DNA of 24,000 nt from Haloarculaceae archaeon H-GB1-1 (GCA_029688825.1 JARUKX010000013.1:7789-31788), one strand, 5' to 3'. Shown: positions 1-8,919, counted from the stretch's first letter. Made by a program: numbers and translations. The notes: generated from the sequence alone by a model not told the origin.

Positions 1-77
1 CGAACCCGGCGTGACCTGCGGACTTCTTCTACCAGCCGACGGGGCTGCACGTCCAGCCGGGCGACGTCGTCAGGTGG

Positions 78-602
78 GTGGCCACGACGCCGGACCACAA
101 CGTGGTCTCGTACCATCCGGCGTTCGGCATGCGCCGTCGCGTTCCGCTGGGCGTGGCGTCGTTCACCTCGCCCGTTCTGGGATGGCGAGCCGAGTCCATC
201 GCCGACGACCAGATCGAACCGCCAGCGGAGATGGGCGGCAACGGGACCGAAACACCCAGCGGCGACGCATCGGACGAGCGCGGCCCTCCTGAGCCGCGGA
301 CCTGGCTCCACGAGTTCGAGCAGCCGGGCGTCTACGACCTCCTCTGCTCTCCACACGAGACCTTCGGGATGGCGATGCGGGTCGTCGTCGGCGACCAGAC
401 GGAGACCGAGTTCGAGACCGGCGACCCCGACGCCCTTCCCGAGCCCCGTGCGGGACCCGTCGGGCTGGCTCGCCTCGTCCTCACGGACCCGTCACTGCGT
501 CCGGAGCAGATCGTCGAGGAGGGGACGGTCGCGTGGGAGTCGCTAACGGTGAATCAGGCCGGGGAGACGACGCCGGAGGGGACCCAGACGCCGGAGGGGT
601 GA
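78..602 (+). CDS. Type-1 copper (cupredoxin; plastocyanin/halocyanin-like) domain protein, 5' end unresolved
   Basis: Copper-ligand pattern: His in TPDHNVVSYHP, then C-S-P-H-x-x-F-G-M in YDLLCSPHETFGMAMRVVVGD. The first cupredoxin strand (FFYQPTGLHVQPGDVVRWV) lies upstream of the GTG at 78, in the same frame back to a TGA at 12-14. The true start is therefore unclear: frameshift, pseudogene or sequencing error. Confidence 0.7.
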   Translation: MATTPDHNVVSYHPAFGMRRRVPLGVASFTSPVLGWRAESIADDQIEPPAEMGGNGTETPSGDASDERGPPEPRTWLHEFEQPGVYDLLCSPHETFGMAMRVVVGDQTETEFETGDPDALPEPRAGPVGLARLVLTDPSLRPEQIVEEGTVAWESLTVNQAGETTPEGTQTPEG

Positions 603-608
603 CTCGCC

Positions 609-2126
609 TCACTCCAGCAGCGACTCGCCGGTCATCGCTGGCGGCAGCGGGATGCCCATGAGTTCGAGGACGGTCGGCGCGAGGTCACAGAGCGAGCCGC
701 CGTCCCGGCAGGTGAGGCCGCCGTCCGTTCCCTCTTCGTCGACGTAGACCACGGGGACGGGATTGAGGGTGTGCGCGGTGTGGGGGTCGTCCGCCGTCCC
801 CATGTCGTCGGCGTTGCCGTGGTCGGCGGTCACGACGACGTGGCCGCCGGCCGACTTGACCGCGTCGACGAGTCGGCCCAACTGCTCGTCGACGGCTTCA
901 CAGGCTTCGATCGCCGCCTCGTAGTCGCCCGTGTGACCGACCATGTCCGGGTTCGCGTAGTTCAGGACCATCGCTGCGGGGTCGTCGCGCTCGATGACCT
1001 CGATGGCCGTGTCGGTCACCTCGGCGGCGTGCATCTCCGGTTTGAGGTCGTAGGTCGCGACGTCCGGACTCTCGATGATCTCGCGAATCTCGCCGGGGAA
1101 CTCGACCTCGCGGCCGCCGTTGAGGAAGTAGGTGACGTGGGCGTACTTCTCCGTCTCCGCGATGCGGAGCTGGGAGTGATTTGTCTCCGAGAGGACCTCG
1201 CCGAGGACGTCTTCGGGCTGGTTCGGCGGGAACGCGACGGGCAGGTCGAACGTCGCGTCGTACTCGGTCATCGTCACGAGGTGGACGTCCGGTGGAGAGG
1301 TCCCGAACTCCCACTCCGGATCGACGTCCGCGAGCATCCGGGTGAGCTGCCGCGCGCGGTCCGAGCGGAAGTTGAAGAAGACGACAGCGTCCCCGTCGGC
1401 GAGCGCGGAGCCGCCCTCGACGAGCGTGGGTTCGACGAACTCGTCGGTGTCGCCGCGCTCGTAGGATTGCTCGACGGCGGCGACGGCCGACTCTGCGGTG
1501 TGGTCGGCCTCGCGGTCGACGATGGCCCGGTAGGCGCGGTTCGTGCGGTCCCAGTTCTCGTCTCGGTCCATGGCGAAGTACCGACCCGTGACCGTCGCGA
1601 CGTGACCGGTCCCGCGGTCGTCGACGTGGGCCTGGAGGTCCGCGAGGAAGCCCGTGCCGCTCTCGGGAGCGGTGTCACGCCCGTCGGTGAACGCGTGGGT
1701 GACGGCCTCGACGTCGTGTTCGGCGGCGAGGTCGACGAGCGCGTGGAGGTGGGACTGCGAGGAGTGGACGCCACCGTCGCTGACGAGTCCCATGAAGTGG
1801 ACGCGACCGTCGTGCTCGCTGGCGTAGTCCAGTGCGGACAGGAGCCGCTCGTTCTCGAAGAACGAGCCGTCGTCGATGGCGTCGCTGATGCGGGTGACGC
1901 TCTGTTTGACGACGCGGCCGGCACCGATGTTGAGGTGGCCGACCTCGCTGTTCCCCATCTGCCCCTCGGGGAGACCGACCCGGCGGCCGTGCGTTTCGAG
2001 GGTGCTCGTCGCGCCACGCTCCCGAAGCCCATCGAAGGTCGGCGTGTCGGCGGCACGGACGGCGTCGCGGGCTGATTCGTCGGGGTTCAGTCCCCAGCCG
2101 TCGAGGATGACGAGGGCGGCCTGCAT
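609..2126 (-). CDS. gpmI: 2,3-bisphosphoglycerate-independent phosphoglycerate mutase (iPGM)
   Basis: 505 aa from the ATG at 2126-2124 (MQAALVILDGWGLNPD...). Motifs: GQMGNSEVGHLNIGAGR (catalytic Ser region), DGGVHS, TADHGNADDM. The ORF-track extension to 2927 is an upstream read-through artefact. Confidence 0.95.
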   Translation of the reverse strand: MQAALVILDGWGLNPDESARDAVRAADTPTFDGLRERGATSTLETHGRRVGLPEGQMGNSEVGHLNIGAGRVVKQSVTRISDAIDDGSFFENERLLSALDYASEHDGRVHFMGLVSDGGVHSSQSHLHALVDLAAEHDVEAVTHAFTDGRDTAPESGTGFLADLQAHVDDRGTGHVATVTGRYFAMDRDENWDRTNRAYRAIVDREADHTAESAVAAVEQSYERGDTDEFVEPTLVEGGSALADGDAVVFFNFRSDRARQLTRMLADVDPEWEFGTSPPDVHLVTMTEYDATFDLPVAFPPNQPEDVLGEVLSETNHSQLRIAETEKYAHVTYFLNGGREVEFPGEIREIIESPDVATYDLKPEMHAAEVTDTAIEVIERDDPAAMVLNYANPDMVGHTGDYEAAIEACEAVDEQLGRLVDAVKSAGGHVVVTADHGNADDMGTADDPHTAHTLNPVPVVYVDEEGTDGGLTCRDGGSLCDLAPTVLELMGIPLPPAMTGESLLE

Positions 2127-2149
2127 ACGGGGGCGTTGCTGCGCCGCGA

Positions 2150-2158
2150 TTAATACCC
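2150..2158 (-). promoter_or_regulatory. TATA box candidate for gpmI
   Basis: GTATTAATC (minus sense) about 24-32 nt upstream of the ATG at 2126. Confidence 0.35.
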
Positions 2159-2222
2159 CTTCGGAACCCGCGAAAGGCGAGGGAGGCACGGAAGTTATGT
2201 GAGTGCGTATCGACGGGGCGGT

Positions 2223-2624
2223 ATGGAGATCGAATCGAACCTCCTGCCGGACGAGCTCGCAGAGGAAATCGTCACCGTCGCCCGGACGGCGACCGGTGAC
2301 AGTCTGCGCTCGGTCACTTACTTCACGAGGAGCGACTTCGACCAGCTCTACCTCCGGGGAGACCTCGAACAGGACGCCGACCTGAACACCTTCGTCGGCC
2401 ACGAGTGGCGCGGGTTCAAGGATACCCGCAACGCCTACCAGAGCTCCGAGCTCGGCGACTACCGCTTCACCGTCCGCGCGTTCGACAACGGCTACCTGCT
2501 CCGGACGACCCACGAGCGCGCCGGCGTCCTCATCACGACGGACGGCCTGAGTATGCAGAGCTACGAGGAGATCGCCGACGCCATCGAGAAGCTGCTGGCC
2601 GAACACGACGTTCACGCCCGGTAG
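2223..2624 (+). CDS. Acidic hypothetical protein (133 aa)
   Basis: ATG at 2223 (MEIESNLLPDELAEEIV...) preferred over the GTG at 2199. Acidic composition and a GC-rich third codon position. I recognise no motif. Confidence 0.6.
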   Translation: MEIESNLLPDELAEEIVTVARTATGDSLRSVTYFTRSDFDQLYLRGDLEQDADLNTFVGHEWRGFKDTRNAYQSSELGDYRFTVRAFDNGYLLRTTHERAGVLITTDGLSMQSYEEIADAIEKLLAEHDVHAR

Positions 2625-2665
2625 AGCGACGTCGCCCCGACCGTCGTCAGTGACCGACGCCACTG

Positions 2666-2674
2666 CATTTTTAC
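2666..2674 (+). promoter_or_regulatory. TATA box candidate for the NurA-like gene
   Basis: CATTTTTAC about 24-31 nt upstream of the ATG at 2697. Confidence 0.4.
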
Positions 2675-2696
2675 TGCTGCCCGTGAATCGACCTGC

Positions 2697-3968
2697 ATGA
2701 CGCTTGACCCCGTACACGTCGACGGGATCGCCAGACTCGCAGGCCGGGTGAGCGGCGGGGTCGACGAGACCGACCAGCAGCGCCTCGCCGAGACGGTCTG
2801 GGCTGACTTCCTCGACCCGCTGACCATCGACGGCGCGCCCGTCCTCGAATCGCTGGGCGAGCACAGGCGACGGCTCGCAAACGTCGAGTCGGTCGCCCTG
2901 CAGGACCCACCGTTTCCGAGCACTCACGGACTCGATTCGGGGACCATCAACCCGACGACGTTCAAGAACGGACTGGTCCTCGACGTTTCACAGGCGGCGA
3001 TGGCCGCCGTCCCGTCCGACCTCGACCTCCACCGGGCGCGGACGATCGTGATGACCGTCCACACCAACGACGACACCTTCACCGTCGCGCAGGACGACTG
3101 GACGATGACCGACGAGGGGTACGTCCGCGAGCGGGCGCTGCACGCACCGCGCGTGGACCGCTACGAGCAGAACGTCGTCCACGCGCTCGCTCTCTATCTC
3201 GCCGAGAGCAAGCACGCCCTCTCGCAGGTCGAGGTCGTCGACGACCTCCTCATCCTCGACGGACCGATCTACCCGACGGGGCTGCTGAAGTGGATCGAGC
3301 GCGATACCGAGCTTTCCGACCTGCTTCAGGAACGAGAAGAACCGGCCGACATCGTCGCGAACTACCTCGAACTCGTCGAGCGCTTCGTCGAGCGAGACGT
3401 CCCGCTCGTCGGGTTCGTGAAGAACAGCGCCTCGAAAGCCGTGACCCAGGCCGTCCGTCGAAACGCCGCCGCACCGAACGCACCGTGGGCCAACGACGCA
3501 GCCTTCTTCACCCGCGTCCTCGCCCGTCGCGACGACGACGGCGAGGCCCTGACCGACGCGCTCACCTTCACCAACTGGTTCGTCTCCCGCGTCGGGACCG
3601 ACCGCATCCTCGCAACGGACGACGAGACGCTCGACCTCGACCGCGAGTTCGCGCTCGCCCCCGAGGACTACGAGGTGACGTTCTTCGTAGTCTACGACCC
3701 TCGCGACGACCTCCTCTACCGTATCGAGGCCCCCTACGCGTTCACGAGGGACGAGGCGCTCCGTGAGCGATTGACCCGGCAGTTCCTCCTCGAAATCGCC
3801 GCCGAGCGCGGCCCCCCGCTGGCCGTCGCGAAGGCCGACGAACTCGCGCGTATCGACCGGCAAGGAAAGGAGCAACTCCGCCGGAAGATAGAGTCCGTCT
3901 TCGAGACCGACCGACACAAGGAGTACAACGACAAGCGCTGGGGGATGACGTTCGAGGGCGACCTGTAG
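2697..3968 (+). CDS. NurA-domain nuclease-like protein
   Basis: 423 aa. NurA-type motifs: HGLDSGTINP (Asp at aa 80), LLILDGPIYPTG, GFVKNSASK. TATA-like CATTTTTAC at 2666-2674, about 24-31 nt upstream of the ATG. Confidence 0.8.
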   Translation: MTLDPVHVDGIARLAGRVSGGVDETDQQRLAETVWADFLDPLTIDGAPVLESLGEHRRRLANVESVALQDPPFPSTHGLDSGTINPTTFKNGLVLDVSQAAMAAVPSDLDLHRARTIVMTVHTNDDTFTVAQDDWTMTDEGYVRERALHAPRVDRYEQNVVHALALYLAESKHALSQVEVVDDLLILDGPIYPTGLLKWIERDTELSDLLQEREEPADIVANYLELVERFVERDVPLVGFVKNSASKAVTQAVRRNAAAPNAPWANDAAFFTRVLARRDDDGEALTDALTFTNWFVSRVGTDRILATDDETLDLDREFALAPEDYEVTFFVVYDPRDDLLYRIEAPYAFTRDEALRERLTRQFLLEIAAERGPPLAVAKADELARIDRQGKEQLRRKIESVFETDRHKEYNDKRWGMTFEGDL

Positions 3969-4307
3969 TCACTCCGCGCCGACGACGTCCGCGACCTCGA
4001 TCTCGACGTCGGATTCGGGCACGCCGATGCGGGCGAACTGCGTCCGGAGGTGGGCTTTCGCCGCCTCGATAGCCGCCTCACGCGTCTCGAACCCGCGCGG
4101 CATCGGCGACTCGAAGGCGACCTGTATCTCCCGCCCGCTGATCACTTGTGCCTGCCCACCGCTGTCGACCTCGTAGAACTCGTCGCACACCCAGACGTAG
4201 GGGGTCCCCTCGTCGGGTGCGCCCTTGAACGACGGGGCCTCCTCGCCGCGTTCGTAGAGCGTCCCCGTCAGCGTCGTCCCGCCCGCAGAACCGTTAATTA
4301 GTAACAT
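3969..4307 (-). CDS. Hypothetical small acidic protein (112 aa)
   Basis: ATG at 4307 (MLLINGSAGG...), with a TTTTTA element (minus sense, 4332-4339) 25-32 nt upstream. Its stop codon directly abuts the NurA stop. No recognisable motif. Confidence 0.6.
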   Translation of the reverse strand: MLLINGSAGGTTLTGTLYERGEEAPSFKGAPDEGTPYVWVCDEFYEVDSGGQAQVISGREIQVAFESPMPRGFETREAAIEAAKAHLRTQFARIGVPESDVEIEVADVVGAE

Positions 4308-4331
4308 ACCACATAGTAAGGAATCACACCC

Positions 4332-4339
4332 TAAAAACT
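4332..4339 (-). promoter_or_regulatory. TATA box candidate for the 112-aa gene
   Basis: AGTTTTTA (minus sense) 25-32 nt upstream of the ATG at 4307. Confidence 0.4.
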
Positions 4340-4495
4340 ACGCGTCCGCTGCACCGCCTACCGGTTTCGAGTCGTCGACGGTCTGTGACATGCCGGCCGG
4401 CTGGCCCCTGCCTCCGCACACCGTCGCTCAGGTGAGTACGACCGACATACACAACGTTAACCCCGGTGGCGCGATAATTCCATCTTATTCAACCA

Positions 4496-4507
4496 GTATT
4501 TAATTAG
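4496..4507 (+). promoter_or_regulatory. TATA-like element upstream of the HerA-like gene
   Basis: GTATTTAATTAG about 56-67 nt upstream of the ATG at 4563. This would imply a ~30-nt 5' UTR. Confidence 0.3.
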
Positions 4508-4562
4508 TTCCGACCTCCCACACAGGGAAACGGGTTTCACACCGGAGCCGGATTGGACGTGT

Positions 4563-6416
4563 ATGTCCGATCTGGGGGACTTCACAGACTTCGAACCCGA
4601 CGACGCCGATTCCGACGACGGTGCGGCGGAGCCGACCGACGACGCGACGTTCGTCGACGCATCGCAGTCGGATGCTGACGAGGCCACGGACGACTTCGAC
4701 CACCTCGGCGTCACGCCGACGGGGAGCGACCGCGGTATCGGCGTCCTCTCGGCGACGGACGGGCTGACCATCAGCGAGGACCCCGACGACACGACGCTCC
4801 GGGCGTACGTCACCGTCGCGAACCGCTCGGACGTCCGCATCGGGAAGTACCTCCTCGTCCCCTATCCGGGTCCGGGCGGCCGCAGCGCGGGCGAGCGGCT
4901 GTTCTGTCGCATCACGGCCCTGGAGTACGTCCAGGAGTTCCGCGCCGACGACGCCACGGAGATCCACGCCCGGCGGGCGATGCGGAGCGACGGCATCGAC
5001 GAGCAGGACTTCAAGTTCATGGCCACGCTGGAGCCGGTCGCCATCCTCTATCGGCAGGACGGCGAGTTGAAACGCCGGATGACCGACCGCGTCCCCAAGC
5101 CCGAGACGGCCGTCCGCGAGGCCGACGACACCGGCGAGATCAAGACCGGCCTGAAGATTCCGGAAGACGGCGTCTTCCTCGGCCATCTCGCGGTCGGCGG
5201 CGAGAAGGTCCGCACCTCCACCGAACCGCCGACCATCGACTACCGGCTGAAGGACGACTACGACGCCGGCGACCCGCTGGTGTTCCGACACACCCTCGTC
5301 GCGGGCGGGACGGGGTCCGGGAAGACCCACGGCGCGAAGAACGTCCTCCGGCAGTACCTCGCCGACGAGCGGACCTACCCCGTCGAGGAGGGGACCCGCG
5401 AGGCGTCGCCCTGCCTGGTGATGTTCGACCCGCAGGACGAGTACGCCCAACTCCACGACGACAATCCCGACCTCGACGACGAGTTCGCCCGGCGACTCGA
5501 ACGCGAGGGCGTCGCTCACGGCGGCTACGACGACACCATCGCCTTCGTCCCGAAGGTCGCGGGCGCGAACTACGCGGCCAGCAACCACCGCGCCGAGCAG
5601 GTGGAGTTCACCATCCCGTTCTCGATGGTCCAGGAGAACCCCTGGCTCATCGCCGGCTCCAGTCTCAACGGCAATCAGTACAACGCGCTGAAGTTCCTGC
5701 TCGACCGTTTCGAGGACGACTACGGCGAGAACGGGACCTACCAGCAGTTCAAGACCTTCCTCGACGATCCCGCGCTGCGGGAGGAACTCGACGAGACCGG
5801 TCGCGTCCACGAGGCCACGTTCAACGCGGTCAAGCGCCGCGCGTACGGCTTCGACGGCATCTTCGACCAGGACGCCCGCCCCATCACCGAACAGATCCAC
5901 GAGTTCGTCCGCGCGGGCGGCGTCTCCGTCGTCCCGACCTACCACATCAACAACTCCCGCTCGACGGTGACGGTCGTGCTCGCGCTGGCCGCCCTGCTCG
6001 TCGACGAGAAGCTCTCGAACAGCCCGCGCTACGAGCGCATCAAGAACACGCCGCTGATTCTGGGCCTCGACGAAGCGCACAACTTCCTCTCGTCGGTCGA
6101 CAGCGTCCAGGGCGAGCAGATCATCGGGAAGTTCACCGAGGCCGCCAAGCAGGGCCGCAAGGAACGGCTCGGCCTGTTCCTCATCACGCAGGACCCACAG
6201 GACATCGCCGAACCCGTCTTCAAGCAGATCAACACGACCGTCGTCCTGAATCTCGGCGACGACGACGCCATCTCCGCGGTGAACATCCCCTCGAAGCTGG
6301 AGGCGAAAGTGCCCTACATGGAGAAGGGCCAGATGGTCGTCTACTCGCCGGACAACTCCGAACCCGTCGAACTCGTCGGGCTCTCGAAGTGCGTGACGAA
6401 GCACGGGCGGGACTGA
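4563..6416 (+). CDS. HerA/DUF87-type P-loop ATPase (HerA-FtsK superfamily)
   Basis: 617 aa. Walker A GGTGSGKT (nt 5304-5327), Walker B LILGLDEAHNF (DEAH at nt 6069-6080) and LFLITQDPQDI (HerA-like ITQxP motif). A barrel-like region (IGKYLLVPYP...) precedes the ATPase, and the first ~50 aa form a highly acidic tail. Confidence 0.85.
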   Translation: MSDLGDFTDFEPDDADSDDGAAEPTDDATFVDASQSDADEATDDFDHLGVTPTGSDRGIGVLSATDGLTISEDPDDTTLRAYVTVANRSDVRIGKYLLVPYPGPGGRSAGERLFCRITALEYVQEFRADDATEIHARRAMRSDGIDEQDFKFMATLEPVAILYRQDGELKRRMTDRVPKPETAVREADDTGEIKTGLKIPEDGVFLGHLAVGGEKVRTSTEPPTIDYRLKDDYDAGDPLVFRHTLVAGGTGSGKTHGAKNVLRQYLADERTYPVEEGTREASPCLVMFDPQDEYAQLHDDNPDLDDEFARRLEREGVAHGGYDDTIAFVPKVAGANYAASNHRAEQVEFTIPFSMVQENPWLIAGSSLNGNQYNALKFLLDRFEDDYGENGTYQQFKTFLDDPALREELDETGRVHEATFNAVKRRAYGFDGIFDQDARPITEQIHEFVRAGGVSVVPTYHINNSRSTVTVVLALAALLVDEKLSNSPRYERIKNTPLILGLDEAHNFLSSVDSVQGEQIIGKFTEAAKQGRKERLGLFLITQDPQDIAEPVFKQINTTVVLNLGDDDAISAVNIPSKLEAKVPYMEKGQMVVYSPDNSEPVELVGLSKCVTKHGRD

Positions 6417-6456
6417 GTCGGCGGGGTCAGAACGACGACGGCGCGCACTGGTCGAC

Positions 6457-7449
6457 TCACACGTCGTAGTGGTCACCGAACACCTCGACGGTCGTCTTGA
6501 ACAGCCCGACGAGGATGGGGCCGACGAACAGTCCCATCGCGCCGAGGAGGTACGTCCCCCCGAGGACGCCGACGAAGATGGTCGCGGAGTGGAGTTCCGA
6601 CTCGCGGTCGATGAGGTACGCCCGGAGGTAGTCGTCCGTGATGGCGACGGTCGTGACACCCCAGAGGACGATGAAGGCTGCCGACAGGAGGTTTCCCTGC
6701 AGGAACAGGTAGACGACCGCGCCGCCGAGCACGGGGGCGACGCCGATGATCGGGACGATTGCGAGAATCATCATCGCGAGGGTGAGGGTGCCGGCCTCCG
6801 GAACGCCGGTCACGAACAGGGAGATGCCGGCGACGAGTCCCTGCACGATAGCGACGAAGACGTGCCCCTTGAGGACGGCCCAGGTCAGGTGGTCGGCGGC
6901 GGCGAACAGTTCCGTCGAGACCTGCCGGTCCAGCGGAGCCACCCGCTGCAGCCACCCCACGAACTCGGGACCGTCCGTCAGCAGGTAGTACAGCAGGAAG
7001 GTCAGGAGCAGGAACCCCAGAAAGACGTGCAGACTTCGGCCGATGATCGACGTCGCCCGGTCACCGAGGAGCGTCGTCGCTCGGTCGACGCCCTGCTCGA
7101 CGACCGGCGTGATCGACACCGGGCGGCCGAGCACCTGCTCCAGCACGGTCTCGACCCGTCGCAGTGCCTGAGCCTCTCCGAGGCTCTCCAGCAGCGGAAT
7201 CCCGTGTGAGAGCGCCACGTTCGTCCCGAGGCCGAGCCCGACGACGACGAGGAGTACCACGACCGCGACGAGCACGCCAGCCGAGGGCCGCGCACCGAAT
7301 CGCGGTTCGAGCCGGCGCTGGACCGGGTGCAACACGACCGCGAGGAGCCCGGTAACGAGGAGCCAGGACAGGAACGGTTCGAGGATGAGCCAGGTGACGA
7401 CCCCCAACACGGTGACCAGGAGCCACGCGAAGACCGTACGAGCGTCCAT
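6457..7449 (-). CDS. AI-2E family (PerM/UPF0118) membrane transporter
   Basis: 330 aa polytopic membrane protein. It has the typical family layout and a C-terminal GLFVGPILVGLF segment. Confidence 0.8.
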   Translation of the reverse strand: MDARTVFAWLLVTVLGVVTWLILEPFLSWLLVTGLLAVVLHPVQRRLEPRFGARPSAGVLVAVVVLLVVVGLGLGTNVALSHGIPLLESLGEAQALRRVETVLEQVLGRPVSITPVVEQGVDRATTLLGDRATSIIGRSLHVFLGFLLLTFLLYYLLTDGPEFVGWLQRVAPLDRQVSTELFAAADHLTWAVLKGHVFVAIVQGLVAGISLFVTGVPEAGTLTLAMMILAIVPIIGVAPVLGGAVVYLFLQGNLLSAAFIVLWGVTTVAITDDYLRAYLIDRESELHSATIFVGVLGGTYLLGAMGLFVGPILVGLFKTTVEVFGDHYDV

Positions 7450-7512
7450 CGTCTACAGGGACCAGACCGGCGCTGAAAACCGTTTGGCGGCGACCCGAGA
7501 CGTGACGGCCCG

Positions 7513-8919
7513 TCACAGCAGGAAGAACACGGCGGTCCCCAGCACGCCGCCGCCGACGATGAGGTACGCCGCGTCGACGTCGCGGGTGAACAGCCCGAAC
7601 GTGAGTGCGGCGAGGGCGACGCGGACGGGGTCCAGCGGCGCACCGGCGAAGACAGCCGGCGTGCCGCCGATCACGGCGAATGCGTCGGTGGCGAGGGTCA
7701 CCGTCGCGCCGACGATCGCACCGACGACGGCGGCGTTGATTCCGTACAGCGCCGCTTTCACGACCTCGTTCTCGCGGACCCGGGCGACGTACGGGAACGC
7801 GCCGGTGATGAACAGGAACGAGGGGGCGAACGCGCCGACCATGGCGACGAACGCCCCGGCGACCGCCCAGCCGACTGTCCCGTACGTGTCCAGCATCAGC
7901 TTGTAGCCGACGAACGCCGTCGTCATCACGACCGGGCCGGGCGTTAGCTGGCCGATGGCGATACCGTCGACGAACTCCGTGGCCGTCAGCCAGCCGAAGT
8001 TCGCGACGACGAACTTCTCGATGAAGGGGATGAGGACGAGGCCGCCGCCGAAGATGAACGATCCCGTGTAGAGCATGAACAGGAACAGCTTCACCCAGGG
8101 AGAGGCCCACGCCGCCGCGAGGAGGCCGCCGACGGCGCTCGGCAGCGTGACGCGTCCGTCGAGAGCGGCCGACAGTCGGTCGCGGAACGCCGAGAGGCCG
8201 GCCAACACGAGCGCGCCGAGCGTTGCCAGCGAGAGCCGCGTGCCGTTGGCCCGGACCCATCCCGGCCTGAACAGCACGACGGCGATGGCTCCGGCGACGG
8301 CGAACTCGACGACCGGGTTGGGGTTGACGAGCACCGTCGCGACGAACGCGCCGGCGAGCAACGCGAGGAGTCGCCAGTCGATCTGCCACTCCTCGCCGCC
8401 CAGCGTGAACTCGACGTCGGAGCGACCTTCGCGGAGCGAACTCCGCCCCATCGAGAAGGCCGCACCGGCGATGAGGCCGATGACGACCGGGTTCACGCCG
8501 TAGAAGAACGCCTCGACCGACGGGACCTGCCCGAACGCGAAGTAGACGTACGAGAGCGCGACGACGATGAGGAACGTGGGGGCCATGAACGTCGCGCCCG
8601 CGACCAGCGCACCGAGGTTCCCGCCGCGGACCCAGCCCATGAAGATGCCCAGCTGCGTCGAGGCCGGTCCCGGAAGCATGTTGCAGATGGCCAACCCCTC
8701 CATGAACGTCGATTGGTCGGTCCACTCCTCGCTCCCCGTCCCGACGAGTTCGTCCTCCATCATCGCGATGTGGACGAGCGGCCCCCCGAACCCGACGAGG
8801 CCGAGTTTGAGGAAGAACCGTGCGATCTCCCTGAGTTTGCTCGCCGAGGCCGTGCCGCGATAGCGCCGGGGTTCGTCCGCGGAGCGCGTGTCCTCGACGG
8901 AGCCCGAGTTCTCTGTCAC
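7513..8919 (-). CDS. chrA: Chromate transporter, long-chain (two-domain) CHR family
   Basis: 468 aa. FLKLGLVGFGGPLVHIAMMEDELV and CNMLPGPASTQLG in the N-terminal half; the motif recurs in the second half as IGQLTPGPVV. Confidence 0.9.
   Translation of the reverse strand: MTENSGSVEDTRSADEPRRYRGTASASKLREIARFFLKLGLVGFGGPLVHIAMMEDELVGTGSEEWTDQSTFMEGLAICNMLPGPASTQLGIFMGWVRGGNLGALVAGATFMAPTFLIVVALSYVYFAFGQVPSVEAFFYGVNPVVIGLIAGAAFSMGRSSLREGRSDVEFTLGGEEWQIDWRLLALLAGAFVATVLVNPNPVVEFAVAGAIAVVLFRPGWVRANGTRLSLATLGALVLAGLSAFRDRLSAALDGRVTLPSAVGGLLAAAWASPWVKLFLFMLYTGSFIFGGGLVLIPFIEKFVVANFGWLTATEFVDGIAIGQLTPGPVVMTTAFVGYKLMLDTYGTVGWAVAGAFVAMVGAFAPSFLFITGAFPYVARVRENEVVKAALYGINAAVVGAIVGATVTLATDAFAVIGGTPAVFAGAPLDPVRVALAALTFGLFTRDVDAAYLIVGGGVLGTAVFFLL

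Noticed and set aside
11-292. 93-aa plus-strand ORF at the left edge, and the minus-strand ORFs at 29..241 and 163..354
   Set aside because: They are Arg-rich out-of-frame or antisense readings of the cupredoxin gene. Frame 2 may matter only for the first ~15 nt, as the possible upstream part of a frameshifted gene.
771-2075. 434-aa plus-strand ORF
   Set aside because: It is fully antisense to the well-supported gpmI gene. It is rich in R, V, G and D with no motifs, the typical shadow ORF of high-GC DNA.
2199-2222. GTG start at 2199 for the 133-aa hypothetical gene
   Set aside because: The ATG at 2223 gives a more typical N-terminus, and a weak AT-rich element lies about 25-30 nt upstream of it. 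The choice remains uncertain.
2127-2927. N-terminal extension of the gpmI ORF to 772 aa
   Set aside because: The iPGM homology starts exactly at MQAALVILDGWGL (ATG at 2126). The extension overlaps two plus-strand genes and has junk-like composition.
4500-6659. 719-aa minus-strand ORF
   Set aside because: It is antisense to the HerA-like gene, which has clear Walker motifs. It is R/V/G/D-rich with no motifs.
7061-8725. 554-aa minus-strand ORF, and the overlapping ORFs at 7002..7643 and 8091..8465
   Set aside because: These are out-of-frame readings of the chrA and AI-2E transporter genes. They are extremely Arg/Pro/Gly-rich.
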